64,000 bases of DNA from Macrostomum hystrix. Taxonomy: Eukaryota > Animalia > Platyhelminthes. The position numbers and the translations under genes are program-made. The DNA is taken from NCBI GenBank assembly GCA_950097015.1, contig CATNEN010000025.1, positions 3,534,001-3,598,000 of the forward strand. Reading direction: 5' to 3'. Under the pieces are notes generated by a model. That model searched no databases and was not told the DNA's origin. It was given only the letters and a program-made list of their open reading frames with translations. The stretch's first letter is position 1; each line of letters starts with the position of its first letter. Positions 22,701 to 33,171 of this stretch are shown here, in pieces.

Positions 22701-25700
22701 GACCTTCTGTCACTCTCCGTGACCTTCTGTCACTCTCCGTGACCTTCTGTCACTCTCCGTGACCTTCTGTCACTCTCCGTGACCTTCTGTCACTCTCCGT
22801 GACCTTCTGTCACTCTTTGTCCTTTAAGTTTTTGCCGTATCTCATCTGCAAATTTTGATACTTTAGCCGACCCAAAAATAGCAAATTCGCAAATTAACTC
22901 GTCAAAAAGCGGAAATGCATTGCGATTTCTGCGACTCATGTCCAGCAATAAGAACGCAATTTATAAAATTGATATCAACTGCACATTACTCAGATTAGTC
23001 ATCTGACACTAAGATTTGTACTATTTTTCCTAGAAAAGGCTGAAGCATTCTAGGCTTTTTTGCGAGCGAAATATTTAGCTATACTCGTTGGTAATGTATT
23101 AGTCTTTATTCCATTCCTTCTATTCCATTGCTACCATACCATTGCTTCCATTCCAATGCTTCCATTTCATTCCTTCCATTCCAATGCTTTCAATCCATTC
23201 CTTCCAATCGATTCCTTCCAATCCATTCCTTCCAATCCATTCCTTCCAATCCATTCCTTCCATTCCAATGCTTTCAATCCATTCCTTCCAATCCATTCCT
23301 TCCTATCCATTCCTTCCAATCCATTCCTTCCTATCCATTCCTTCCTATCCATTCCTTCCAATCCATTCCTTCCTATCCATTCCTTCCAATCCATTCCTTC
23401 CAATCCATTCCTTCCTATCCATTCCTTCCAATCCATTCCTTCCTATCCATTCCTTCCTATCCATTCCTTCCAATCCATTCCTTCCAATACATTCCTTCCA
23501 ATCCATTCCTTCCATTCTAATGCTTTCAATCCATTCCTTCCATTCCAATGCTTTCAATCCATTCCTTCCAATCCATTCCTTCCTATCTATTCCTTCCTAT
23601 CCATTCCTTCCATTCCAATGCTTTCAATCCATTCCTTCCATTCCAATGCTTTCAATCCATTCCTTCCATTCCAATGCTTCCAATCCATTCCTTCCATTCC
23701 AATGCTTCCAATCCATTCCTTCCATTCCAATGCTTCCAATCCATTCCTTCCATTCCAATGCTTTCAATCCATTCCTTCCATTCCAATGCTTCCAATCCAT
23801 TCCTTCCATTCCAATGCTTTCAATCCATTCCTTCCATTCCAATGCTTCCAATCCATTCCTTCCATTCCAATGCTTCCAATCCATTCCTTCCATTCCAATG
23901 CTTCCAATCCATTCCTTCCATTCCAATGCTTCCAATCCATTCCTTCCATTCCAATGCTTCCAATCCATTCCTTCCATTCCAATGCTTCCAATCCATTCCT
24001 TCCATTCCAATGCTTCCAATCCATTCCTTCCATTCCAATGCTTTCAATCCATTCCTTCCATTCCAATGCTTCCAATCCATTCCTTCCATTCCAATGCTTT
24101 CAATCCATTCCTTCCATTCCAATGCTTCCAATCCTATCCATTCCTTCCAGTCCATTCCTTCCATTCCATTCCTTCCATTCCAATGCTTTCAATCCATTCC
24201 TTCCATTCCAATGCTTTCAATCCATTCCTTCCATTCCAATGCTTCCAATCCTATCCATTCCTTCCAGTCCATTCCTTCCATTCCATTCCTTCCATTCCAA
24301 TGCTTTCAATCCATTCCTTCCATTCCAATGCTTTCAATCCATTCCTTCCATTCCAATGCTTTCAATCCATTCCTTCCAATCCATTCCTTCCTATCCATTC
24401 CTTCCATTCCAATGCTTTCAATCCATTCCTTCCATTCCAATGCTTTCAATCCATTCCTTCCATTCCAATGCTTCCAATCCTATCCATTCCTTCCAGTCCA
24501 TTCCTTCCATTCAATTCCTTCCATTCCAATGCTTTCAATCCATTCCTTCCATTCCAATGCTTTCAATCCATTCCTTCCATTCCAATGCTTTCAATCCATT
24601 CCTTCCAATCCATTCCTTCCTATCTATTCCTTCCTATCCATTCCTTCCATTCCAATGCTTTCAATCCATTCCTTCCATTCCAATGCTTTCAATCCATTCC
24701 TTCCATTCCAATGCTTCCAATCCATTCCTTCCATTCCAATGCTTTCAATCCATTCCTTCCATTCCAATGCTTCCAATCCTATCCATTCCTTCCAGTCCAT
24801 TCCTTCCATTCCATTCCTTCCATTCCAATGCTTTCAATCCATTCCTTCCATTCCAATGCTTTCAATCCATTCCTTCCATTCCAATGCTTCCAATCCTATC
24901 CATTCCTTCCAGTCCATTCCTTCCATTCCATTCCTTCCATTCCAATGCTTTCAATCCATTCCTTCCATTCCAATGCTTTCAATCCATTCCTTCCATTCCA
25001 ATGCTTTCAATCCATTCCTTCCAATCCATTCCTTCCTATCCATTCCTTCCTATCCATTCCTTCCATTCCAATGCTTTCAATCCATTCCTTCCATTCCAAT
25101 GCTTTCAATCCATTCCTTCCATTCCAATGCTTCCAATCCTATCCATTCCTTCCAGTCCATTCCTTCCATTCCATTCCTTCCATTCCAATGCTTTCAATCC
25201 ATTCCTTCCATTTCAATGCTTTCAATCCATTCCTTCCATTCCAATGCTTTCAATCCATTCCTTCCAATCCATTCCTTTCTATCCATTCCTTCCTATCCAT
25301 TCCTTCCATTCCAATGCTTTCAATCCATTCCTTCCATTCCAATGCTTTCAATCCATTCCTTCCATTCCAATGCTTCCAATCCTATCCATTCCTTCCAGTC
25401 CATTCCTTCCATTCCATTCCTTCCATTCCAATGCTTTCAATCCATTCCTTCCATTCCAATGCTTTCAATCCATTCCTTCCATTCCAATGCTTTCAATCCA
25501 TTCCTTCCAATCCATTCCTTCCTATCCATTCCTTCCAATCCATTCCTTCCATTCCAATGCTTTCAATCCATTCCTTCCATTCCAATGCTTTCAATCCATT
25601 CCTTCCATTCCAATGCTTTCAATCCATTCCTTCCAATCCATTCCTTCCTATCCATTCCTTCCATTCCAATGCTTTTAATCCATTCCTTCCATTCCAATGC

Positions 25701-27515
25701 TTTCAATCCATTCCTTCCAATCCATTCCTTCCAATCCATTCCTTCCATTCCATGCCTTCCATTCCAATGCTTTCAATCCATTCCTTCCATTCCAATGCTT
25801 TCAATCCATTCCTTCCATTCCAATGCTTTCAATCCATTCCTTCCATTCCAATGCTTTCAATCCATTCCTTCCATTCCAATGCTTTCAATCCATTCCTTCC
25901 AATCCATTCCTTCCTATCCATTCCTTCCATTCCAATGCTTTTAATCCATTCCTTCCATTCCAATGCTTTCAATCCATTCCTTCCAATCCATTCCTTCCAA
26001 TCCATTCCTTCCATTCCATGCCTTCCATTCCAATGCTTTCAATCCATTCCTTCCATTCCAATGCTTTCAATCCATTCCTTCCATTCCAATGCTTTCAATC
26101 CATTCCTTTCAATCCATTCCTTCCTATCCATTCCTTCCATTCCATGCCTTCCATTCCAATGCTTTCAATCCATTCCTTCCATTCCAATGCTTTCAATCCA
26201 TTCCTTCCATTCCAATGCTTTCAATCCATTCCTTCCAATCCATTCCTTCCTATCCATTCCTTCCAATCCATTCCTTCCATTCCAATGCTTTCAATCCATT
26301 CCTTCCATTCCAATGCTTCCAATCCATTTCTTCCATTCCAATGCTTCCATTCCAATGCTTCCAATCCATTGCTTTCATTCCAATGCTTCCATTCCAATTC
26401 TTCCAATCCATTTTTTCCATTCTAATGCTTCCATTCCATTGCTTCCATTCCTTTGCTTCCATTCCTTTGCTTTCATTCAATTGCTTCCAATCCATTCCTT
26501 CCATAGTATTCCTTCCATTCTATCAGATATTTAGAACGCAACCTATTTTTATGAAACTTTTCAATGTAGTAATAATTTTTCTACGAAAAACCGAAAACCG
26601 AGATGTTCTTTCTTAGAAAACTGAAATGTTCTTTCTTAGAAAACTGAAATGTTCTTTCTTAGAAAACTGAAATGTTCTTTCTTAGAAAACCGAGATGTTC
26701 TTTCTCAGAAAACCGAAATGTTCTTTCTTCGAAAACTTTTAAAGCAGACATCCTTTCTCCTGCGTATAATTCTCTGCATGTTTCTTCTAGAATATTGTAA
26801 ATTTTTTCGGTTATTAAACACTTCAAAGGGTATTTCCGCCAGCAGCTGAAACATTCCGTATTCTTCCACCTAAAGTACTGCCGCACCTTCAAACACCATC
26901 CGCACCCTCAAACCGGCAGGCGTGAAGTCTGTTCAGGACTCGGGTCTGGCCAAGTGTCAGCTGGGCAGCGGCAAGTTGGTCTGGCTCTGCCCTGAGCATC
27001 AGCGCTCCGGCAACGGTCGAGTGACGGTCCTCCCCCCAGCCGAGTCCGGCGGAGTCCGGCTTCAGCAGGTGGTCACCGAAGGCGACCGGGTCCTGAAGGA
27101 CGCCCTCGACGCGGTGCTATCGTCGGCCAATTCTAGTCAGAAGCGCAACGCTCGCGAAGCCGATCTAGACAAGTACAAGAAGCACCTGGAAGAGCAGGAG
27201 AAAGCCGCCAAGAAGGCCAAGGAGCAGAGCGCCAATGTCGGCGCCGTCGGCAGCTCTGGCGGCGGTGGCGGTGCCGCCGCCCCAACCAGCCGGGCGAGGC
27301 TGCAGCGTCGCCGCACTTCGGTTCTGATTGGCCAGGAGGAGGCGGTGGCGATGTCGCCGAAGCCGCCGCCGCCGAAGACTCGCTCGTCGACGCGTCGTCA
27401 ACAGGGCGACGGTAAGTCGTCGGCGAACTCTGCTGCAGCTGCAGAGGACACGACTCTCACTGCCAGTCAAGTATCGTTAAAGAAGAACCGCAGCAAGATC
27501 TGCTCCGTGCAGTAG
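114..27515 (+). CDS. Giant multi-domain Roco protein (pseudo-ROC-COR, Cys-rich, SPRY, LRR, ROC-COR, TIR-TIR, CaaX); probably 5'-partial; ~3,400 aa visible
   Basis: Phase-consistent exon chain: 114-341, 833-1778, 2056-2256, 4074-4725, 5227-5567, 5642-5757, 5983-6038, 6114-6187, 7217-7421, 7512-7632, 7878-8280, 8439-8753, 10054-10614, 10918-11125, 11272-11696, 11776-11878, 11939-12084, 12418-13035, 13509-13838, 14314-14592, 15119-15346, 15583-15963, 16888-17322, 17878-18039, 18228-18424, 18820-19302, 20130-20637, 20858-21403, 21859-21891, 21974-22337, 26920-27515 (stop TAG). All introns are GT-AG except one GC-AG. The 4725/5227 junction and the exons at 11776-12084 are the least certain. Confidence 0.85.
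2284..4073. repeat. 16-nt minisatellite (TCCATCCCTGTCTGTC)n filling Roco intron 3
   Basis: About 110 near-identical units. Confidence 0.98.
4822..5047 (-). mobile_element. tRNA-derived SINE, family 1
   Basis: Reverse copy of the element at 16562-16870, with the B box ggttcgattcc and the shared body gtggcgtcccccc...gactgaacagcc. Confidence 0.8.
5227..8280 (+). CDS. Roco gene: Cys-rich module and SPRY domain (RanBP9/SPRYD3 type)
   Basis: A frame not shown in the ORF track gives HTW...VCTLCGNCARAGVAC...RCLC...ACATCGVCADC. The spliced SPRY signature reads PLTSGNDSFTIR|IVSRGTDGKISIGLVPHGYHTDSQPGWRSGSVGYHGDDGG|...LLACVGLHSPGEIVQL. Confidence 0.8.
5881..5938. repeat. Interstitial telomeric repeat (CCCTAA)n
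   Basis: About 8 units of AACCCT inside a Roco intron. Confidence 0.9.
6232..7200. repeat. 20-nt minisatellite (CATCCAACACCCACTAGCAT)n degrading towards the acceptor
   Basis: Visible tandem units. Confidence 0.95.
8790..10010. repeat. 33-nt then 32-nt minisatellite (CCACTATATCCCTAGTGTCACACTCCGTTATC)n
   Basis: Visible tandem units with a change of unit type at ~9120. Confidence 0.95.
10640..10820. repeat. 18-nt minisatellite (TCTGACAAGTCAGTTCTY)n
   Basis: Visible tandem units. Confidence 0.9.
11776..15346 (+). CDS. Roco gene: leucine-rich repeat region
   Basis: LxxLxxLxL repeats such as LGRLRHLRVLRLSQLPLRTLPPELAGLQSLEELAV, IVRLGRLKVLQLSSNPLLESL and LSELPALSHVDVNRCPALRTPPLEVVQRG, the last being a typical pre-ROC motif. 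Confidence 0.9.
13110..13390. repeat. 36-nt minisatellite (GTAGATCAAAGAGCAGGG...)n
   Basis: Visible tandem units; a related array lies at 14620-14910. Confidence 0.9.
13875..14200 (+). mobile_element. SINE family 2 (~350-400 bp, degenerate tRNA-like head)
   Basis: Shares gaggccac...gtgaagtgtacactgcct...ctcgctggctgcgggtctagtgtcacc with the copies at 32700, 40205 and 56710. Confidence 0.75.
14620..14910. repeat. 36-nt minisatellite related to 13110-13390
   Basis: Visible tandem units. Confidence 0.9.
15583..19302 (+). CDS. Roco gene: ROC GTPase and COR domain
   Basis: G1 GLGGVGKTS (15616-15642), G2 EEITDGID, G3 WDFAGQ and G4 VIGTHSD are present. COR motifs include AVNFLNDIGSIQYF, VVINPKWIVDVM and YQFEYLPAGLFNRAQVRL. 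Confidence 0.95.
16562..16870 (+). mobile_element. tRNA-derived SINE, family 1 (CORE-like centre, AAT tail)
   Basis: A box (tagttagagcg), B box (ggttcgattcc), ttcacccagct...aaattggtacc core and an (AAT/ATT)n tail; five copies occur in the window. Confidence 0.85.
17400..17770. repeat. ~36-nt minisatellite (GAATGTACATTAACTCCTAGACCATTTATCGGCCG-like)
   Basis: Visible tandem units. Confidence 0.85.
18042..18200. repeat. 26-nt minisatellite starting at a splice donor
   Basis: (GAGACACGTCTCTATGACCAGATAGA)n. Confidence 0.9.
19170..21403 (+). CDS. Roco gene: two tandem TIR (TIR_2-like) domains
   Basis: TIR1 reads CKVLLVFLSKAFTEDEACRGMF...KRMIFISVG. TIR2 reads DVFISYCWANS...GIHCWLDVKDIG|...CSVVLAFASNEYQRSANCMMEYRFA...KPLVMAIVG. 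Confidence 0.9.
19305..20100. repeat. 15-nt minisatellite (AGCCTGATCCCAACC)n
   Basis: Visible tandem units beginning inside the donor GTGAGC. Confidence 0.95.
21397..21790. repeat. 34-nt minisatellite containing the splice donor
   Basis: (GCAGCTGGTGAGGCTGGGTGGGGTTGGGGGACAG)n. Confidence 0.95.
22350..22815. repeat. 20-nt minisatellite (GTCACTCTCCGTGACCTTCA)n
   Basis: Visible tandem units. Confidence 0.95.
23100..26530. repeat. Complex CCATT-based satellite (14-nt subunits ATCCATTCCTTCCA / TTCCAATGCTTTCA)
   Basis: A 3.4-kb array in the last Roco intron. Confidence 0.95.
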
Positions 27516-28030
27516 AACCTTAAAAAAAGTTTGGACTATTTCTGATTTTATTTTCATCAATTTTGTTTACTTATTTTTTGTGTTTAAAGTAACTGTTTGG
27601 TAATTAACTTGTTAACCTTAAAGATAACAATCAGGAAAATATCTTTTTTTCCGAAAGAGCTGCGGCTACTATGTAAACCTTAAAACCATACTTTTCTTCG
27701 CATAATTTATTTTATTATTAAGTTATTGACTTATATTGTCCTTCAACACGATAACTTAACTTTTTGGCAGTGCATACAGAAATTTCCATGAAATATATTT
27801 TTTCCTGTGACATCTCATTCTTCTGAAAGTACCACTTAACACATGATTTTCAAAACAGTTTTTTATTTAAAAGATATGAAAAGAACCGTTTTTCAGTGCG
27901 ATCAGAAAAACTGGGAAGTGTTCGAATATTTATTTTGTTTTGTTGTAGTCTTGTGTTCCATTTTATTCACCTATGCTATACTCTGTTAACTGCAAAGATT
28001 ATAAATAATAAATAATAAATAAATAAAGGC
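27516..28030 (+). promoter_or_regulatory. AT-rich 3' UTR of the Roco gene with clustered AATAAA polyadenylation signals (~28000-28027)
   Basis: Several overlapping AATAAA hexamers lie ~500 nt after the stop codon. Confidence 0.5.
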
Positions 28031-30339
28031 TATTTATAATCTTTGGTTAACTGTGATCTATGATTTGGCAATTAAAGGTTTTCCTTTTTTCAAATTTACT
28101 TTATGTCGAATATAACCTTCATTTTTTCTTCTAAGAAATGTGGTAGTCCGGTTTTTTGTTTTTTTTTAACTTTTGTGATTTTCTAGTAAATTGTGGTTTC
28201 AATTCGGTTTTATAAGAAACAAAAGCCCGTCGTGTTTTCTAGGAAATTCGAAGCGTTATCTACGAAATACAGATAGGCTTTTCTTGAAACGAAAGCGTTA
28301 CTTTCATGGGGCATTATCTTGTCGTTTATTCGTTTTTATAACCAAAATTTCTTACTAGTCGAAAACTGACTAAGAATTACAGTTGAATATTTGTAATAAA
28401 CGTTTGATAAATTGACATAATAGACTCAGTTGCAAATACTTTTATAGCAACGATTTTTTATCTATTACTTAGTTTTAATGATTTCGCTATGTGTCGGTAA
28501 AACCATTTTTTCAAGCCGTTGTCAAGATGGGAATATCAAAAAAGTGCACATTTTGTTAAGTTTTTTTGTTTTTTTTGAGTTTTGAGTTTGTTTTTACTCG
28601 ACTCAGATACATTTTTATTGAAAGTGAAACGGATGGCATAAAATGGCAGTGCTTAATTAATTAATTGGCAGGCTTTTCGTAAAGACTTTTACCTATGTAA
28701 ACAGGATATTATTTTTATTTGGATTACTCACACATCTTGACTGATAATATTTCTTTGAAATGAATTTAATCACAGTTTATATATATATATTATTACTATA
28801 GCACTAAATCATCCTGTCGCGCCTTCTTGAATACAATCCGCACCAATCTGAAAAACTAATTACAAACGAGAAAATATGAATACTACTAGTGAAACTAATT
28901 TGTTGACTCATTTAATTTCATCTAAATTTTGGCATTCCCGCATTCAGTGTCGCACTGATATATTATTTACCCGATAGAAAAATAACTGCAACTCTGATCT
29001 TTATCATTGGATTTCCACGATGATGAATGAATGTTTGGCTGCTAATGCCTGAATGGCCTATTAGTCACACATTGACCCAGTTCATTCATTCATTCCGTGT
29101 TCATTGTCTAGTCGTGTCCCAACAGTTACATAGTTCCCTTTTTGGTGTTAAAAATGCCGGCTAATGTATATCCAGCTGCAACGGCGTGGAGATAAAAAAG
29201 GATTGGGCTTTTGTACAGGTGTAGAAGCCTTGCTACATGTGCGCCTGTGTGTACACATTGACGTACGCCATTTTAGGGTCGATTGTACCGCATTCACTGA
29301 GCTGACACTAGCATTGCTCATACATTACATTCCTAATCTGGACAAACATCTGCAGGTCCAGCAATCTCCTTTGTACAGTACTAAACGGCTGGAAGATTGC
29401 CAGAACTGCTGACTTCACAATTTCTGGCCCAGTTCCAATTGTCAGGGACGATTGCAGACGACTGGATAGCCGACAGGGTCAGGGGCCGATGTACTTTTAA
29501 ATTATTTCACTGACGGTTGAGTAATTCCTAGAGCAGATAAATGTGAAATCCAACGCAAAAAACTGTTTAATTTAATACAGCCGAAAGTTTTAAACTTTTT
29601 AAGAACGTTTTTTCTGAAGTTGAAAATTTCCGAAATCAACATTTTTTCTATAAGGTAGAAGTTAAAGAAACGATTCGATTCTATTGAAAAAGCCTGAAAT
29701 CCTCTTACGCATGCATAGGCTCGTCGATAAATATATGCATGGATTAAGACAGGTGAAGAATGGACAGTCAAACCCCCTTCCAGTTCTTGCCATGTCTGTA
29801 GCCTTTTACAATGGACCAGATGAAATTAGATGGAAACTGTCTGTCTAGCCAGTCATAGGCTGAGCTAAGACTGCAGTTACTGTATCGTCATGTCCTTGCG
29901 TGGGCGGCGCATTGAGTCACACTGCCGTGATCTACTAGGATAAGCCCAACAAGCCATGCGCACACGCACCAGAACACTGCTCCGCATATGGTACGCCCAC
30001 GCAATCATCTGGCAGCTAAGGTCAAGCAACGGCTCGTTAAGCCTGTTCCGTCTTTTAGTACCCCGTTAAGCTGTGAGAAGACAGATTACTATATTTAGAA
30101 TTCAAAGCACAAACAGCCAAGCAACTATTGTGCTCCTAATTACCAACTATTGCCAAATATTTATACTATTCAGAGGGGCGAGTGAAAGAGAGTTAATTGC
30201 GTTTGCCTCTTACACCAAGATCCCAAGCTCGATTCCGTGGCGAGGCCACATTTACTTGGGGCGCAGCCGCGTATAGAGAAGGCTTGTGGTGAAATGTGGC
30301 CTTTGATATTTATGATTAGAAAGTCGGTTGCACGACAAT

Positions 30340-30930
30340 TGCCTGCTGTGACAACTGACTGCTGTGACAACTGACTGCTGTGACAACTGACTGCTGTGAC
30401 AACTGACTACTGTGACAACTGACTGCTGTGACAACTGTCTGCTGTGATAACTGACTGCTGTGACAACTGACTGCTGTGACAACTGTCTGCTGTGATAACT
30501 GACTGCTGTGACAACTGACTGCTGTGACAACTGTCTGCTGTGATAACTGACTGCTGTGATAACTGACTGCTGTGATAACTGACTGCTGTGACAACTGACT
30601 GCTGTGACAACTGTCTGCTGTGATAACTGACTGCTGTGATAACTGACTGCTGTGATAACTGACTGCTGTGACAACTGACTGCTGTGACAACTGACTGCTG
30701 TGATAACTGTCTGCTGTGATAACTGACTGCTGTGATAACTGACTGCTGTGATAACTGACTGCTGAGACAACTCGCAGCTGTTACAACTGGCTGCTGTGAT
30801 AACTGGCTGCTGTGACAACTCGCTGCTGTTACAACTGGCTGCTGTGATAACTGACTGCTGTGACAACTCGCAGCTGTTACAACTGGCTGCTGTGATAACT
30901 GACTGCTGTGACAACTCGCTGCTGTGACAA
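30340..30930. repeat. 16-nt minisatellite (CTGCTGTGAYAACTGA)n
   Basis: Visible tandem units. Confidence 0.95.
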
Positions 30931-31569
30931 GTCCCTAAAAGTAATTCTTAAATGCTTAAATTCTTAAATTCCTAAAACAATTGTAATACAAGCTTTAAAA
31001 GTGCGACATTTTTTATGATTTTTTATAACAGTTGTTTTTATAACGAGAATTATCTCTATGACTATTAAGACATCTATGTACTAAACCTGCGAATGTCAAT
31101 AATTGTACTAGCGCGGAATCGAGCTCAGTGCGATAGGCAAACGCGTTACTGCTCTGCCACTCGTCCTTTTAATAATTCTACTTCTACTACTTCTCATACC
31201 AGATTGATCGACACTATTAAAGTAATAATAGCAATATTATTACTTCAAAACTCTTATTACTGATAGCTGTCTTGTTGTCTTGTCTTGTCTTGTCTTGTCC
31301 CTAAGGTCACTGCGGAATTCAACCCCCAATTCGAACTTAAAATGGACCCTATTCGTTGATTTTTACAGTTTCACACACTCCGGCCCCATCTCCCCTCTAT
31401 TTTCAATTTTTTTAAGCAAGAATTTATGACTGGCTCTCGCTAGCTCTACTATAGCAGATGCTGCTGATACAACATCGGCCTTTTAGTCACATGCGACTGA
31501 GGGAGTGAAAGAGGTGAAGAGGAAGGTGAGTGGGAGAGAGGCCATAGCGTACACTCTACAAATAAAAGG

Positions 31570-31993
31570 CTACTGAAAGCGCCCGCCCCTCGCCAAACGA
31601 GACGTACTAAATGTACATACCGGTTTGGCGAGCTCCCATTGGCTGGGACTTATTTAGAGCCTCCACCCCTTCCGTTACCTTTCACAGAAGTTCATTCAGT
31701 CCAAATCGCTACTATACTCTCTCTCTCTACACGCCTTCCTTACCCGTCTCGATCTCTCTCGTCTTGCGCTCCTAGTTTATAAAAATCTAGGGGAGAAAAA
31801 TAGAAGTATTATAAGGGTATAGAGGGACTACGACTTCTCTCTTCCCGTCACGAACCTGAGCTAAAAGAGTGCATTCCAATTTTTCTATTGGTGCGATAGA
31901 ATCAGGACTATTTTTGTATTGTTTTATCAGCGAAAGCACTCACACGATTGGGACAAAGGTCGAGTGCTTGATTGATCGGTGTCCTCTCATTTG
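31570..31993 (+). promoter_or_regulatory. Putative promoter and non-coding first exon of the ACK-like gene
   Basis: A GC box (cgcccgccc), an ATTGG box (~31638), an initiator-like ttcattcagt (~31692) and a pyrimidine-rich leader are followed by the donor G|GTAAGA at ~31993. Confidence 0.35.
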
Positions 31994-32137
31994 GTAAGAA
32001 GAGATAATTGGTAATCAACTATATATTCCTGAACAGTACACTTCTAACCATATTATCTAGAGCGAGTGTTTATTATTTTAATTTAAATTTTAAAGATTCA
32101 AAATGTGAGGCCAATGTGAGCGTGTATTCAATTTATG

Positions 32138-32440
32138 CTGTAGCCTTGTGGTTAGAGCGTCGGACTCATGACTTGAAGGTCGGGGGTTCGATTCCTGACT
32201 TCACTGGAACAATTTGTGTCCATTAGCAAGAAACTTAACTCTGCAGTGCTTCAGTTCACCCAGCTGTTAAATAAGTACCAGCATTAGCTGGGATAACTGA
32301 AGGTGGGTGTGGCGTCCCCCCAGCCCATGGACTGATCAGCCGTACGCAGCCTTCAGATGCGCCGCGCAATAGCTGCGGCTGTGCTGTCGGCTGCACATCT
32401 GGCCCAATCCGACAGGTGTAATCAATTCTTATTATTTATT
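32138..32440 (+). mobile_element. tRNA-derived SINE, family 1
   Basis: Full-length copy with A and B boxes and an AT-rich tail. Confidence 0.85.
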
Positions 32441-32699
32441 TTTATTATTCAATTTAGAACTTCTGCAGTGAGCTTGTGAAAATGGGAGATAGCTTGGGGG
32501 ATTCAGATACAGTTTGGGAGATTCATGAGCAGTTAAAAATTTAAGCAAGTTTGAGTATTATCAATTGAATTAGAGGATTTTTAAATCAGTTAGAAGTTTC
32601 ACGGACATTTTAAAGAATTTTGTAATATTTTTGAATATTTTAGGATAGGTACAATTTTCTGGGATGTTCTAGAAGGTTAATAATTGCAGTTCGAGTAAT

Positions 32700-33030
32700 A
32701 AGAATGATAATAATTGGAGGTCTGCAGGTAAAGGCACACCATCTGGTGACCCTAGACCCGCAGCCGGCGAGGAGGCAATTCTGCCTGTTCTGCTGACTCC
32801 TGAGCAGCAGCACACACACACAGATACCGCAGGCACAAGCTCACACGGGGTGTGTACATCTACCCTGACTTTCTCATCGCCAGGCAGTGTACACTTTCAC
32901 TGTGCCTTGGAGGTTGGTCATCCAAATCGCTCGACAAGCGACCAAGCCTTCTCTCCGCGGCTGCGCCCTAAATGAATGTGGCCTCGGCGTGGAATCGAGC
33001 TCAGGGACCACCTTGCGAGAGGCAAATGGG
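32700..33030 (-). mobile_element. SINE family 2
   Basis: Reverse copy with a tail at ~32700. Confidence 0.75.
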
Positions 33031-33171
33031 TTTCAAAAGTGGTTTCTGAGATGGATGATGGCCTTAAGGATTTTAAGATGGGTAGAGTGTATCACGGTAA
33101 CTCTAGCCCTAACCCTAGCTAAACATTCTGCATCGCAGACATTCGGACCGACCGTCTGCCGTCGGTGGGCC

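Noticed and set aside
23060-26616. ORFs up to 1130 aa, and resemblance to human satellite II/III (CCATT) suggesting contamination
   Set aside because: The ORFs are satellite read-through. The array has its own 14-nt subunits and sits inside a phase-consistent intron (22338-26919).
29770-30000. Minus-strand frame ...ARTUR...YDWLDRQFPSNFIWSIVKGYRHGKNWKG with an in-frame TGA (possible selenoprotein or pseudogene)
   Set aside because: I recognise no family, found no SECIS element and could not build a consistent exon chain.
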